Shown here: positions 1-10,702 of the stretch, piece by piece | Layout of the letters: the number at the start of each line of letters is the position of its first letter | Numbering within the stretch: the first letter of the stretch is position 1 | Assembly: GCA_963822965.1 (NCBI GenBank) | Contig: CAWGJT010000010.1 | Coordinates: 608,001-672,000 of the forward strand | Source of the DNA: an uncultured delta proteobacterium | Lineage (GTDB): Bacteria > Myxococcota_A > UBA9160 > UBA4427 | DNA length: 64,000 nt | Direction: 5' to 3' | Notes under the pieces: model-generated | What the model was told of the DNA's origin: nothing | Seen by the model: only the letters and a program-made list of their open reading frames with translations | The model's database searches: none | Translations under genes and position numbers: made by a program

Positions 1-14
1 CCGGGCGCGAGTCC

Positions 15-1127
15 GTGGACATCGCGATCGATGCCGTCGAAGCGGCCCTCGACGACGCCGGGCTCACGCCCCGGGACGTGGACGGCCTCATGTGGAGCGG
101 CGGGCTGCCGGGCCAGCTCGACGAGAAGGCGTTCCGCAGCCACTTCGGCGCGCGCGGCTTCGACGGTCGCCTCTGGACCTCGACCCAGGGCGGGGGCATG
201 GTGTGGGCCGCCACCGCGCCGGTGCGCGCCGCACGCGCGCTCGAGGCGGGCGAGGCGCGGGTGATCGTCAACGCGTTCTCCGTCGCCTGGGCGACCCAGC
301 GCCGGCAGGGCGTGGGCGATCCCGGCCAGTTCCACGCCGCGGAACGCTTCAAGGCGAACCTCGAGCTGCCCTTCGGCTGGTTTCCCCAGCCCGTCTACTT
401 CGCGACGATCGCCCGGCGACACATGCACGAGTATGGGACGACGGCGGCGCAGCTGGGAGCCATCGCCGTGGCGTGCCGACGTCACGCCAACCGGCACCCC
501 GGGGCGGTGATGCACGACAAGCCCCTGAGCCTCGAGGACTACCTGGCGCGGCCCATGCTGGTGGACCCGCTGCGCATGGAGGACTGCTGCCTGATCTCGG
601 ACGGCGGGGCCGCCTACGTGATGACCACCCCCGAGCACGCCCGGGACCTGCGCCGGCCTCCGGTCACGGTCACCGGCGTGGGCGAGGGCGTCTCCGGCAG
701 CGGGGTCTTCTGGAGCCAGCAGGGCGACTTCACCGCCACGCCCCAGGTCTTCTCCGCGCCCCGGGCGTTCGAGATGGCCGGCATCAGGCCCGCGGACGTC
801 GACGTCCTCACCCTCTACGACCCGTTCACCATCGTGGCGTTGATGCAGATCGAGGACATGGGCTTCTGCAAGAAGGGCGAGGGGGGAGCCTTCGTGGAGG
901 GCACGCGCCTGCACTACGACGGCGGTCCGGACGGCGGCGGGCTGCCCTACAACACCCACGGCGGGCTCCTCTCCCACGCCTACGTGCTCGGCATCGCGCA
1001 CGTGGTGGAGGTGGTCCGGCAGCTGCGAGGCGAGGCCGCGTGTCAGGTTCCCGGCGCCGAGATCGGCGTCTACGGCGGCTACACCGGCCACATGGCGAGC
1101 ACCCTGGTGCTGCGGAGGACGCCTTGA
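15..1127 (+). CDS. Thiolase-fold (SCP-x/Ltp2-like) protein, probably 5'-truncated by the window edge
   Basis: Motifs YMHEYG-like (HMHEYG), DCCLISDGGAA, LYDPFT, EDMGFC, NTHGGLLSHAY; no Cys at the usual nucleophile position (TQGGGM). Confidence 0.9.
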   Translation: MDIAIDAVEAALDDAGLTPRDVDGLMWSGGLPGQLDEKAFRSHFGARGFDGRLWTSTQGGGMVWAATAPVRAARALEAGEARVIVNAFSVAWATQRRQGVGDPGQFHAAERFKANLELPFGWFPQPVYFATIARRHMHEYGTTAAQLGAIAVACRRHANRHPGAVMHDKPLSLEDYLARPMLVDPLRMEDCCLISDGGAAYVMTTPEHARDLRRPPVTVTGVGEGVSGSGVFWSQQGDFTATPQVFSAPRAFEMAGIRPADVDVLTLYDPFTIVALMQIEDMGFCKKGEGGAFVEGTRLHYDGGPDGGGLPYNTHGGLLSHAYVLGIAHVVEVVRQLRGEAACQVPGAEIGVYGGYTGHMASTLVLRRTP

Positions 1128-1555
1128 AGTCGGCGCTTCCCGACATCGCCTGGCCGCCGACGGCCGGCTTCTGGCAGGCTGCCGCCCGCGACGATCTCGC
1201 GATTCCGCGCTGCGACGGCTGCCGGCGCTACGTCTGGTACCCCCGGGACGCCTGTCCACACTGCGGCGGGGACGCCATGCCCTGGGAGGTGGTGAGCGGG
1301 CGCGGGACGCTCTTCTCGTGGGCCTACGTCGAGCGCGCGCTCTTCGCTCCCTTCGCGGACAAGGTTCCCTACGTGACGGGCCTCGTGGCGCTGGCCGAGG
1401 ATCCCGCCGTCCGGATCGTCACCGACGTCGTCGATTGCGACCCCCACGCACTCGCCGTCGACATGCCGGTGCATGTCGTGTTCCGTGATCTCTCGTTCCC
1501 GGGGGACGAAGCGCACGTGCGCGCGCCGTTCTTCGTGCCGGAGGACTCGTCGTGA
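1124..1555 (+). CDS. DUF35 Zn-ribbon/OB-fold protein (ChsH2 C-terminal-like), thiolase partner
   Basis: CDGC...CPHC Zn ribbon, SGRGTLFSW, PYVTGLVALAE; TTG start overlaps the upstream stop, GGAGG RBS. Confidence 0.9.
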   Translation: MKSALPDIAWPPTAGFWQAAARDDLAIPRCDGCRRYVWYPRDACPHCGGDAMPWEVVSGRGTLFSWAYVERALFAPFADKVPYVTGLVALAEDPAVRIVTDVVDCDPHALAVDMPVHVVFRDLSFPGDEAHVRAPFFVPEDSS

Positions 1556-2757
1556 GCGATTCCCGAACCAGCGACCTCTTCTTCGACGTGGCCAGCATCG
1601 ACTACCCGATCATCGACGCCGACGCCCACGTGAACGAGCCGCCGGACCTGTGGGTGGATCGGGTGCCGAGCAAGTGGCGCGATCGCGCGCCCCGGGTCAC
1701 GCACAGCGATGGCGGCGACCTGTGGATCTTCGACGGCGGCAAGGAGAAGTGGCCGGTCGGCCTCACCGCCACCGCCGGGCTCAGCTACTTCCAGTTCCGG
1801 CCCTCGGGCGCCACCTACGAATCGATGCGGCCCGGGAGCTTCGAGACCAAGGCGCGACTCGCGGATCTGGACGCCGACGGCATTCATGCCCAGATCCTCT
1901 ACCCGAGCGTCACCCTCAAGGGCGCGCGCATCTACTCCCAGGAGCGAGAGCTCCAGCTGGCGTGCGTCCGCGCCTACAACGAGTGGCTGCTCGAGTTCTG
2001 CGAGGGCTCGGGGGGACGGCTGATCGGCCAGGCGGTGCTGCCGACCACCGGCGTGGACGACACCCTGGCCGAGCTGGACTGGGCGCTCGAGCGGGGCCAC
2101 CGGGGCGGCATCCTGTCCTCCTTCCCCAACGGCAGCCTGGATCCCCTGCCCGAAGACGATCGCTTCTGGGCCAGCGTGCAGGAGCGCGGGGCTCCCATCG
2201 CGATCCACATCGGGAGCTTCCTGCGAGGCGGGCCGCCGGGCGGCTCGACCGGCCGCAACTGGACGACCCTGGCCTTCGTCGGACGAGCGGCCTGGACGAA
2301 GGCCGGCGGACAGACCCTCGACGTCGTCTGCGACGTGCTCTTCTCCGGCATCTTCGAGCGCTTCCCCGGCCTCAAGATCGTGCTCGTGGAGGCCAACATC
2401 GGCTGGATCCCCACCCTGCTCGAGCAGAGCGACGACATGTTCCGGCGTTACCGTTGGTACACGGGCGCGGTGAAGGAGATGACCGAGATGCCGAGCCGGG
2501 TCTTCTTCCGCAACTTCTGGGCCACCTTCATGGTCGACACGGTGGGCGTCGAGCTGCGCCATCGCATGAACCTCGACCACATCATGTGGTCCACCGACTA
2601 CCCGCACAGCGGCAGCGACTGGCCCGAGTCGGGCCTCTCCATCGAGCGCGTCTTCCGCGGCGTGCCGCGGGACGAGGTACGGAAGATGCTCCACGGCAAC
2701 TGCAAGACCCTGTACGGCCTCGATCACATTCCCGACTGCTGGCGATCCGGCGCCTGA
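1552..2757 (+). CDS. Amidohydrolase family (Amidohydro_2) protein
   Basis: IIDADAHVNEP, AYNEWL, IAIHIG, FERFPGLKIVLVEANIGWIP, MWSTDYPH. Confidence 0.9.
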   Translation: MSDSRTSDLFFDVASIDYPIIDADAHVNEPPDLWVDRVPSKWRDRAPRVTHSDGGDLWIFDGGKEKWPVGLTATAGLSYFQFRPSGATYESMRPGSFETKARLADLDADGIHAQILYPSVTLKGARIYSQERELQLACVRAYNEWLLEFCEGSGGRLIGQAVLPTTGVDDTLAELDWALERGHRGGILSSFPNGSLDPLPEDDRFWASVQERGAPIAIHIGSFLRGGPPGGSTGRNWTTLAFVGRAAWTKAGGQTLDVVCDVLFSGIFERFPGLKIVLVEANIGWIPTLLEQSDDMFRRYRWYTGAVKEMTEMPSRVFFRNFWATFMVDTVGVELRHRMNLDHIMWSTDYPHSGSDWPESGLSIERVFRGVPRDEVRKMLHGNCKTLYGLDHIPDCWRSGA

Positions 2758-2923
2758 TCCCCGCACGCTCCGACACCAGCCCCCGCCGCCAGGCGTCCCG
2801 GGACGGCGGCTGACGCGGCAGACGCAAGCGGTCACCCACGTGCGTTGAACCGCCGGCGCGCGGCGTCGGATGCTCGCTCCGAACCACGAGCCGCGCCGAG
2901 CCCGCGCGCGGGAGGAGGCGTGC

Positions 2924-3934
<1,011 letters not shown>

Positions 3935-3987
3935 AGGCCGGGTCGATGCTGCGGGTCGGCTCGTGGCGGCGCGGCCGGCGGCCGGTC

Positions 3988-4332
3988 TCAGCGACGGGAT
4001 TCGGGGACGGACACGATGGCCGCGGCGTCGTCCACCAGCCGGCGCACTTCCTCGCTGAGGGTCGGGTACGAGATTGCGAAGCCCGTGTCGGTGTGGCGCA
4101 CGACGGTTCCCACCACCTCGAAGGGCGCCACGGGCTGCACGAAGACGTAGAGGCGCAGCTGCTTGCCGAGCTCGGGCTTGAGGGGCGCCCCCTCGATCAT
4201 CGCCCCGGAGTAGGAGATGTCGGCGAGGGTGCCCGTGCCCTCGTTGCGGCCGGCCGAGTAGAGCAGCTCGAAGCGTGTCTGGATGCGTCCGCTGCTGCGC
4301 CGGTCGCTCGCGGCAGGCTTGGAGTTCGACAT
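3988..4332 (-). CDS. Stand-alone PilZ domain (c-di-GMP-binding) protein
   Basis: RRSSGR (RxxxR) and DISYSG (DxSxxG) motifs in a 114-aa protein. Confidence 0.85.
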   Translation of the reverse strand: MSNSKPAASDRRSSGRIQTRFELLYSAGRNEGTGTLADISYSGAMIEGAPLKPELGKQLRLYVFVQPVAPFEVVGTVVRHTDTGFAISYPTLSEEVRRLVDDAAAIVSVPESRR

Positions 4333-4439
4333 GGTCTGGCTTATCGGAAAGCCTCTGTCCGGGCTTGACAGGCGCGGAGCACCCGAAGCTGCGCGCGGCC
4401 TGCCGGCTCCCGAACCTCGTCCTGGCCCCCCGCGGCCCC

Positions 4440-5725
4440 TCAGCGCGGGTCGTCTTCCCGGGTGATGTCCGCGCCCAGGGACTGCAGCTTCTCCTCCACC
4501 CGCTCGTACCCGCGATCGATGATGTCCGCGTTCTGGACGATGCTCGGCTGGCCCTCGGCGCACAGGGCTGCCATCAGCAGGGCCATGCCGGCCCGGATGT
4601 CCGGGCTGCGCACCGTTTGTCCCCGCAGCCGCGACGGTCCGGTCACCAGCACCCGGTGCGGGTCGCAGACGATGATGTTGGCGCCCATCTGGCTCAGCGG
4701 GTCGACGAAGTACATGCGACTCTCGAACATCTTCTCGAAGAAGAGCACGGTTCCCTCGCTCTGGGTCGCGAGCACGATCAGCGGGCTCATCATGTCCGAG
4801 GGAAACTGCGGCCACGGGCCGTCGTCGATGCGGGGCGTGCTCCGCCCACATCGGGTCGGATGCGCGGGGCCTGGCCCGGCGGCAGCACCACCCGGCTCGC
4901 CTCCAGCTGCAGCTCCAGCCCGAAGCGCTCGAAGACCCGGTGGATCATCCAGTAGTGGCCCCGCACCGTGTCGTTCACCGTCAGGCCGCCGCCCGTGGCT
5001 GCGGCGATGGCCAGGTAGCTGCCCACCTCGATGTGGTCGGACACCACGCGGTGCCGGGTGCCGTGCAACCGATCCACTCCGGTGATGGTGAGGGTGTTGG
5101 TGCCGACGCCCTCGATCTTCGCCCCCATGCTCGACAGCATGCGCACCAGGTCCTGGACGTGGGGCTCGCTGGCGGCGTTGCGCAGGGTGGTGGTGCCCTC
5201 CGCTAGGCACGCGACGCTCAGGATGTGCTCCGTCGCCGTGACGCTCGCCTCGTCGAAGAAGAGCACCGCGCCCTCGAGGCGTCCGCTCTGGCGGAACTCG
5301 AGATCGTCGACGTCGATCTCCACGCCGAGACCCTGCAGTCCGTAGAAGTGCGCGTCGAGGCGGCGGCGACCGATCATGTCGCCGCCCGGTGCGCTCACCC
5401 GCACGCGCCCGGTGCGCGACAGCAGGGGGCCCACCATCAGGATCGACGTGCGGATCTTCTCGCCGAGCTCTCGGGGGATGTCGCTCTCGTGGATCTCTGC
5501 GGCCCGCACCCGCACGGTTCCGCCGTCGCGCGCGATCTCCGCGCCGAGGTAGGCCAGGATGTCGAGCATGGCGTCCACGTCCCGGATGGCGGGCACGTTC
5601 TCGAGCACCACCTCGTCTTCGGTCAGCAGGCAGGCGGCGAGCATGGGCAGCACCGCGTTCTTGTTGCCGCTGGCGGTGATCTCGCCCCCGAGGCGCTGAC
5701 CGCCGCGAATCACGAATCGGCTCAT
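4440..5725 (-). pseudogene. murA: UDP-N-acetylglucosamine 1-carboxyvinyltransferase, frameshifted near 4839 as sequenced (probably a sequencing error)
   Basis: N-part in ORF 4790..6043 ([40 protein letters not shown]); C-part in ORF 4440..5780 ([29 protein letters not shown]). Confidence 0.92.
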
Positions 5726-5813
5726 GGCTGACTCCCCGCCGAGGCGCCGTGCCAGGATCCGGCAGGGGGCCCCGACGCACGAATGCGGATGCGGTGGGGG
5801 GGACCGCAGGGTA

Positions 5814-7441
5814 TCAGCCGGCGATGCGGTCTGCGAGCAGCCGTTCCAGCCGGCGCTTGTCGATCTTGCCGCTGTCGGTGAAGGGCAGGGCACCGTCCTC
5901 GTCGATGAAGAGATGGCGCGGCACCTTGTAGGCCGCGATCTCCCCCTTGCAGCGCGCCCGCAGCTCGTCGGGGTCGGCGCGGGCCCCGGGCTCGAGCAGC
6001 ACGCTCGCTGCCACCGACTGGCCCCGCTCGGGGTCGGGCACACCCACCACGTAGGCGGCCTTCACCTCGGGAAATCCCGTCAGCAGCGCCTCGACCTCGC
6101 TGGGGGTGACGTTGGCGCCGCCGGTCTTGATCATGTCGCCGAGGCGCGCCCCGGAAGTAGAGGACGCCGCGCTCGTCGAAGAGGCCGGCGTCGCCCGTGT
6201 GGTAGAAGCCGTCGGGCAGAAAGACCTGCTCGCGCTCCGCCTTGTACAGGCCCTGCATCAGGCTGTACCCGCGCACGCAGATCTCTCCCTCCGCACCCGG
6301 CGGCAGCACGGCTCCGGTCTCGGGATCGATCACGCGATGCTCGACGCCCGCGACCGGGGTGTCCGAAGGAGCCGCGCAGGTCGTCGGGCAGGACGCCGTC
6401 CCGGCCGCTCGTGTGGGGCCCGCAGGTCTCCGTCATGCCCAGGGCGTTGCTGCGCCGCTGGGGATCCTTCGGCGCGACCTCCTCGGGCAGGATGTCGGGC
6501 AGGTTGCCCGCGCGCAGCGAGGAGAGGTCGCGGTCCTTGCGGGTGGGGTGGTCGGCGAGCGCCTTGCCGAAGTGCGGCCAGCCGGCGGCGATCGTCACCC
6601 GCTCGCGCTCGAGGAAGCGCAGGGTGCGCTCGGGATCGAAGACGGCCTCGGCCACCATCGTGGCCCCCCGGTGCATGCCGCCGAGGAAGGAGAAGACGAA
6701 GCCGCCCACCCAGAAGAAGGGCATGGGCGACCAGATCGCGTCGTCCTCGTGCACGTCGCGGTGCGAGACGAGGTTGTAGGAGTGGCGCAGCACGCTGCCG
6801 TGGGTGTGCACGGCGCCCTTCGGGTCGGCGGTGCTGCCCGAGCTGTAGAGGACGATCATCGCGTCGGCGGGCGTGACCGCGTCCTCGACGGCTCGCAGGA
6901 AGTCGTCGTCCAGGCCCGGGTCGTCGCCCGCGCTCTCGATCCACTCGGGACCCGACGACGCCCACGGGCGGTCGCACGCGCCCCATACGGCGACCCGTCG
7001 CAGGTACGGCAGCTCGGGGAGTCGCAGCGGCCCACCCGCGGCCTGCCGCAGGCCGGGCGCCACCGTCTCGAGGCGCTCGAGGTAGTCGTGTCCCAGGAAG
7101 TGCGAGACCGTGAGCAGCGTGTCGACGTCCGCGTGACGCAGGATCCAGCCGAGCTCGCGGGCCTGGAAGAACGTGTTGAGGGGCACCGCGATCGCCCCGA
7201 TGCGGGTGGTCGCGAGCCACGCCGTCACCCAGTCCGGGCCGTTCGGCATCAGGATGCCGACCCGCGTGCCCTTGCCGGCGCCCCGGGCGAGCAACGTCCG
7301 GGCCAGCCGCGCGGACCGCCGATCGGCGTCGGCGTACGACAGGCGGTCCGCTTCGAGGGCGATCAGGGTCTTCGAGCCGTGCCGCGCCGCCAGCGTCCGC
7401 ACGAACACGGGAACGGTCGGGGTGAAGTCGGGGAAGGGCAT
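5814..7441 (-). pseudogene. Class I adenylate-forming acyl-CoA ligase, two frameshifts (about 6357 and 6150) as sequenced
   Basis: YSSGSTADPKG and LGMTET in ORF 6131..7441; GEICVRG...YHTGD in ORF 5722..6333; MIKTGGANV...AYKVP in ORF 5814..6134. Confidence 0.88.
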
Positions 7442-7628
7442 CGGGCTCCGGGTTTGTCACTCGTCGTCGTCGATCGGCGCGACTCCGCCGTCGGAACACG
7501 ATGCCACAGGAATCGGAGCCCGCGAAAGCGGCCGGACGGGGCGCATGGCCCGTCCAACGACCGCTGGCTAACGTGGAGTGCGGTGCCCCGTCCGTGAACC
7601 CCTTTCCGGTCACCAGGGAGCAAGCCGA

Positions 7629-8774
7629 TTGGAGTTCGACTGGTCGCCCGAGGACGCCCGCCACCGGGAGGAGATCCGCGCCTTCCTGCGCGAGACGCTG
7701 CCCGCGGACTGGGACGAGATCTCCAAGCACGGTCCCGGGAGCGACGCCCAGGCCGCCTTCTCGAAGGGGTTCTGCGCCGCCATGGCCGATCGCGGCTGGC
7801 TCACCCAGCACTGGCCGGCGGCGTACGGGGGACGCGACGCGCCGCCCTGGCGCCACGCGATCGTGGGCGAGGAGATGTGGGCCATCGGGGAGCCCCGGGG
7901 CGCCCAGTACATGAACGTGAACTGGATCGGCCCGGCCATCATGCGGTTCGGGAGCGAGGAGCAGAAGGCCATCCACCTGCCGCGCATCTCCCGCGGCGAC
8001 GTGCTCTGGTGCCAGGGCTTCTCGGAGCCGGAAGCGGGCTCGGACCTCGCCGCGCTCCGCACCCTGGCGATCCGCACGGACGACGCCTACGTGGTGAACG
8101 GCACGAAGATCTGGACCTCCTACGTGGAGAACGCGGAGTTCATCTTCCTGCTGGTCCGCACCGATCCCCAGTCGAGCCGCCACAAGGGCGTCTCGGTGCT
8201 CCTGTGTCCGGTCGACACGCCGGGCATCGAGGTGCGCGAGATTCCTTCGGTGGTGGGCGCCCGCTACTTCCACGAGGTGTTCTTCACGAACGCGAGCGTG
8301 CCCGCTTCGTGCCTGCTCGGGCCGGAAGGCGAGGGCTGGACCGTGGTGGAGTATGCGCTGCAGTACGAGCGCGTCGGTGCCGCGCGCTACGCCCGCGCCG
8401 CGCGGACCCTCGATCGCCTGGCGGAGATCGCGCGGGAGCGCGGGCGGCTCGCCGACGCGCGGGTGGCCGAGCGGCTCGCCGAGGCGAGGGCGGTGTGCGA
8501 GGCCGCGCGCGTGCTCACCTACCGGGTGATCGACGGGCGCGCCAAGGGGCGCCCGCCCACGGCGGACACGCAGATCGCGCGGGTGGCAGGCACCCGCGCG
8601 GACGCCGCCGTGGCGGAGCTGGCCCTGGAGATCCTGGGCGAGGAGGCTCTCGAGTACGGCTCCTTTGCCGACGCGAACTTCCGGCTGGCGATGACGGCGG
8701 GCGTGGCCGTGGGCGCCACCGAGGTACAGCTCAACCTGATCGCGAGCCGCTTCCTCGGCCTGCCCCGCGACTGA
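7629..8774 (+). CDS. Acyl-CoA dehydrogenase (long, alpha-type subunit)
   Basis: WCQGFSEPEAGSDLA, VNGTKIWTS, FHEVFF, ALQYER, GATEVQ; TTG start after AGGGAG. Confidence 0.92.
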   Translation: MEFDWSPEDARHREEIRAFLRETLPADWDEISKHGPGSDAQAAFSKGFCAAMADRGWLTQHWPAAYGGRDAPPWRHAIVGEEMWAIGEPRGAQYMNVNWIGPAIMRFGSEEQKAIHLPRISRGDVLWCQGFSEPEAGSDLAALRTLAIRTDDAYVVNGTKIWTSYVENAEFIFLLVRTDPQSSRHKGVSVLLCPVDTPGIEVREIPSVVGARYFHEVFFTNASVPASCLLGPEGEGWTVVEYALQYERVGAARYARAARTLDRLAEIARERGRLADARVAERLAEARAVCEAARVLTYRVIDGRAKGRPPTADTQIARVAGTRADAAVAELALEILGEEALEYGSFADANFRLAMTAGVAVGATEVQLNLIASRFLGLPRD

Positions 8775-8792
8775 GCCCGGAGGCTTCGAGCC

Positions 8793-9737
8793 ATGGACTT
8801 CGAGCCCAACGAGGACCAGCAAGCGATCGCCGAGGCGGTGGCCGGCCTGCTGGAGCAGCACGCCGGTCCGGCCCGCGCCATCGAGCTCGGCGCCAAGGAC
8901 GCCTACGACGACGCGCTCGAGGCGGCGCTGCGGGCCGGGGGGTTCCTCGACGTGGCCGACGCCGAGGGGGCGGGGCCGCTGGAGGCAGCGCTCGTCTGCG
9001 AGGCGGTGGCCGAGGCGGCGGGTGTGGTGGCGTTCGGGGCGTCGGCCCTGGTCGCGCGCGCCGTGGCGCCGGGCGCGCCCGGTCCCGTGGCCCTGGCCCT
9101 CGCAAAGCCCTCGGGCCCCGTGCGCTTCGCGAGCCACGCGGGCTCGCTGCTCGTGCTCGATCCCGGAGTGGAAGAAGCGCGGCTCGTCGTCCTCGAGCCG
9201 GGGGCCTGCGCGCCCGTGCGCTCGAGCTTCGGCTACCCGATGGGGCGCCCTCCGGCGGATCTCTCGACCCGGGGCGAGGCGCTGGGCCCGGGCTCGGGGG
9301 CGCGGCTCGAACGCTGGTGGCGGCTCGCGCTCGCCCTGGAGGCCACCGGAACCATGGCCGCCGCGCTCGACGTGACGGTCGCGTATCTCAAGCAGCGGCG
9401 GCAGTTCGGCCGGGCGATCGGCTCGTTCCAGGCCGTGCAGCACCGCCTGGCGGACTGCGCGATCGCCGTGGAGGCGAGCCGCTGGCTGGCGCGCGAGGCC
9501 GCCTTCCTCGACGCGCCGGCGGAGGCCGTGGCGACGGCGGCCAGCCACGCGCTCGAGGCCGCGGGACGGGTGTTCTGGGAGACCCACCAGCTCTCCGGCG
9601 CCATCGGCTTCACCCGGGAGCACGATCTCCACGTCTTCAGCATGCGGCTGCGGGCCCTTCGCATCGAGCTCGGCGGGCTCGGCGGTCATCGCCTGGCGCT
9701 GGCGCGCGCACGCTGGGGCGCGGAGCCGCGCCCGTGA
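8793..9737 (+). CDS. Acyl-CoA dehydrogenase (short, beta-type subunit)
   Basis: RRQFGRAIGSFQAVQHRLAD, HQLSGAIGFTREHDL; lacks the SEP-GSD motif. Confidence 0.88.
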   Translation: MDFEPNEDQQAIAEAVAGLLEQHAGPARAIELGAKDAYDDALEAALRAGGFLDVADAEGAGPLEAALVCEAVAEAAGVVAFGASALVARAVAPGAPGPVALALAKPSGPVRFASHAGSLLVLDPGVEEARLVVLEPGACAPVRSSFGYPMGRPPADLSTRGEALGPGSGARLERWWRLALALEATGTMAAALDVTVAYLKQRRQFGRAIGSFQAVQHRLADCAIAVEASRWLAREAAFLDAPAEAVATAASHALEAAGRVFWETHQLSGAIGFTREHDLHVFSMRLRALRIELGGLGGHRLALARARWGAEPRP

Positions 9738-10702
9738 GCCTCGACCTCGCGTTCGACGACGGCCAGCAGGCCATCGCAGACGCGGTAGCAGGCTTCTGCG
9801 CCGATCGCTGCGACGACGACGTGGTGAAGGGGGCGACGGGCAGCCTGCCGCGAGCCCTGTGGCGCGATCTCGCGGCACTGGGCGTGCTGGGGGTGGCGAC
9901 GCCCGAGGGCGGGGGCGGGGCGCTGGAGGTGGTGGCGGCCGTGGAGTCCCTGGGTCGCGCGGTCTTTCCCGGTCCCGTGGCGGCCACCTTCCTCGCGACC
10001 TGGGTGCTCGACGAGCCCCTGCGCGGACGCGTGGCCGCCGGCGAAGCGCTGGTGGCCGCGGGCGCGACGCCGCTGCTGCCGTGGGCGCCCGAAGCGGAGG
10101 TCTTCCTCGAGATCGACGGCGAGCGGGTCTTCCGCGGCACGCCGAAGGCGAGGCCGACGAGCGAGGCCACCCTCGGCGGCGAGCCCTGGGGTCGCGTGGA
10201 GCTGTTGCGGCGCGAGGCGCTGCCCCGAGGCCCGGCCGGTCTCGTCCTCCACCGGCTGGTGCAGGCCGCCCAGCTCGCCGCCCTGGGCGCGCGGCTCGTC
10301 GAAGACGCCAGCCGTCACGCGGCGGTACGGAAGCAGTTCGGTCGCCCGATCGGCGACTTCCAGGCGGTGGCGCACCCGCTCGCAGACGCCTCGATGCGCC
10401 TCGAGGCCGCCGCCACCCTGGCGCGCGCCGCGGCCTTCCACTTCGACGCCGGTCCGCCGCGGGATGCCCGCCGCTTCTCGCTGGCCGCCCACGCTTCGGC
10501 CTGCGAGGCAGCCCTGGCTGCCGCGTACGTGTGTCACCAGGTGTTCGGGGCCGTGGGCATCACGCTCGAGGGCCCCGTCTTCCACGTGTCCCGCCGCATC
10601 CGGCAGCTGGCGTCCCAGGCGCCCGGTCCGGCCGTGTCCCGGGCGATGCTGCTCGCGGACGCGGGCTTCGGCGCGCGTCCGGCCGCAGGAGCCCGTCCAT
10701 GA
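9734..10702 (+). CDS. Acyl-CoA dehydrogenase (short, beta-type subunit)
   Basis: RKQFGRPIGDFQAVAHPLAD, HQVFGAVGITLE; GTG start overlaps the upstream stop. Confidence 0.88.
   Translation: MSLDLAFDDGQQAIADAVAGFCADRCDDDVVKGATGSLPRALWRDLAALGVLGVATPEGGGGALEVVAAVESLGRAVFPGPVAATFLATWVLDEPLRGRVAAGEALVAAGATPLLPWAPEAEVFLEIDGERVFRGTPKARPTSEATLGGEPWGRVELLRREALPRGPAGLVLHRLVQAAQLAALGARLVEDASRHAAVRKQFGRPIGDFQAVAHPLADASMRLEAAATLARAAAFHFDAGPPRDARRFSLAAHASACEAALAAAYVCHQVFGAVGITLEGPVFHVSRRIRQLASQAPGPAVSRAMLLADAGFGARPAAGARP

Noticed and set aside
4830..6365. Programmed ribosomal frameshifting
   Set aside because: No slippery heptamer, mixed indel directions, and these families are not known to be recoded
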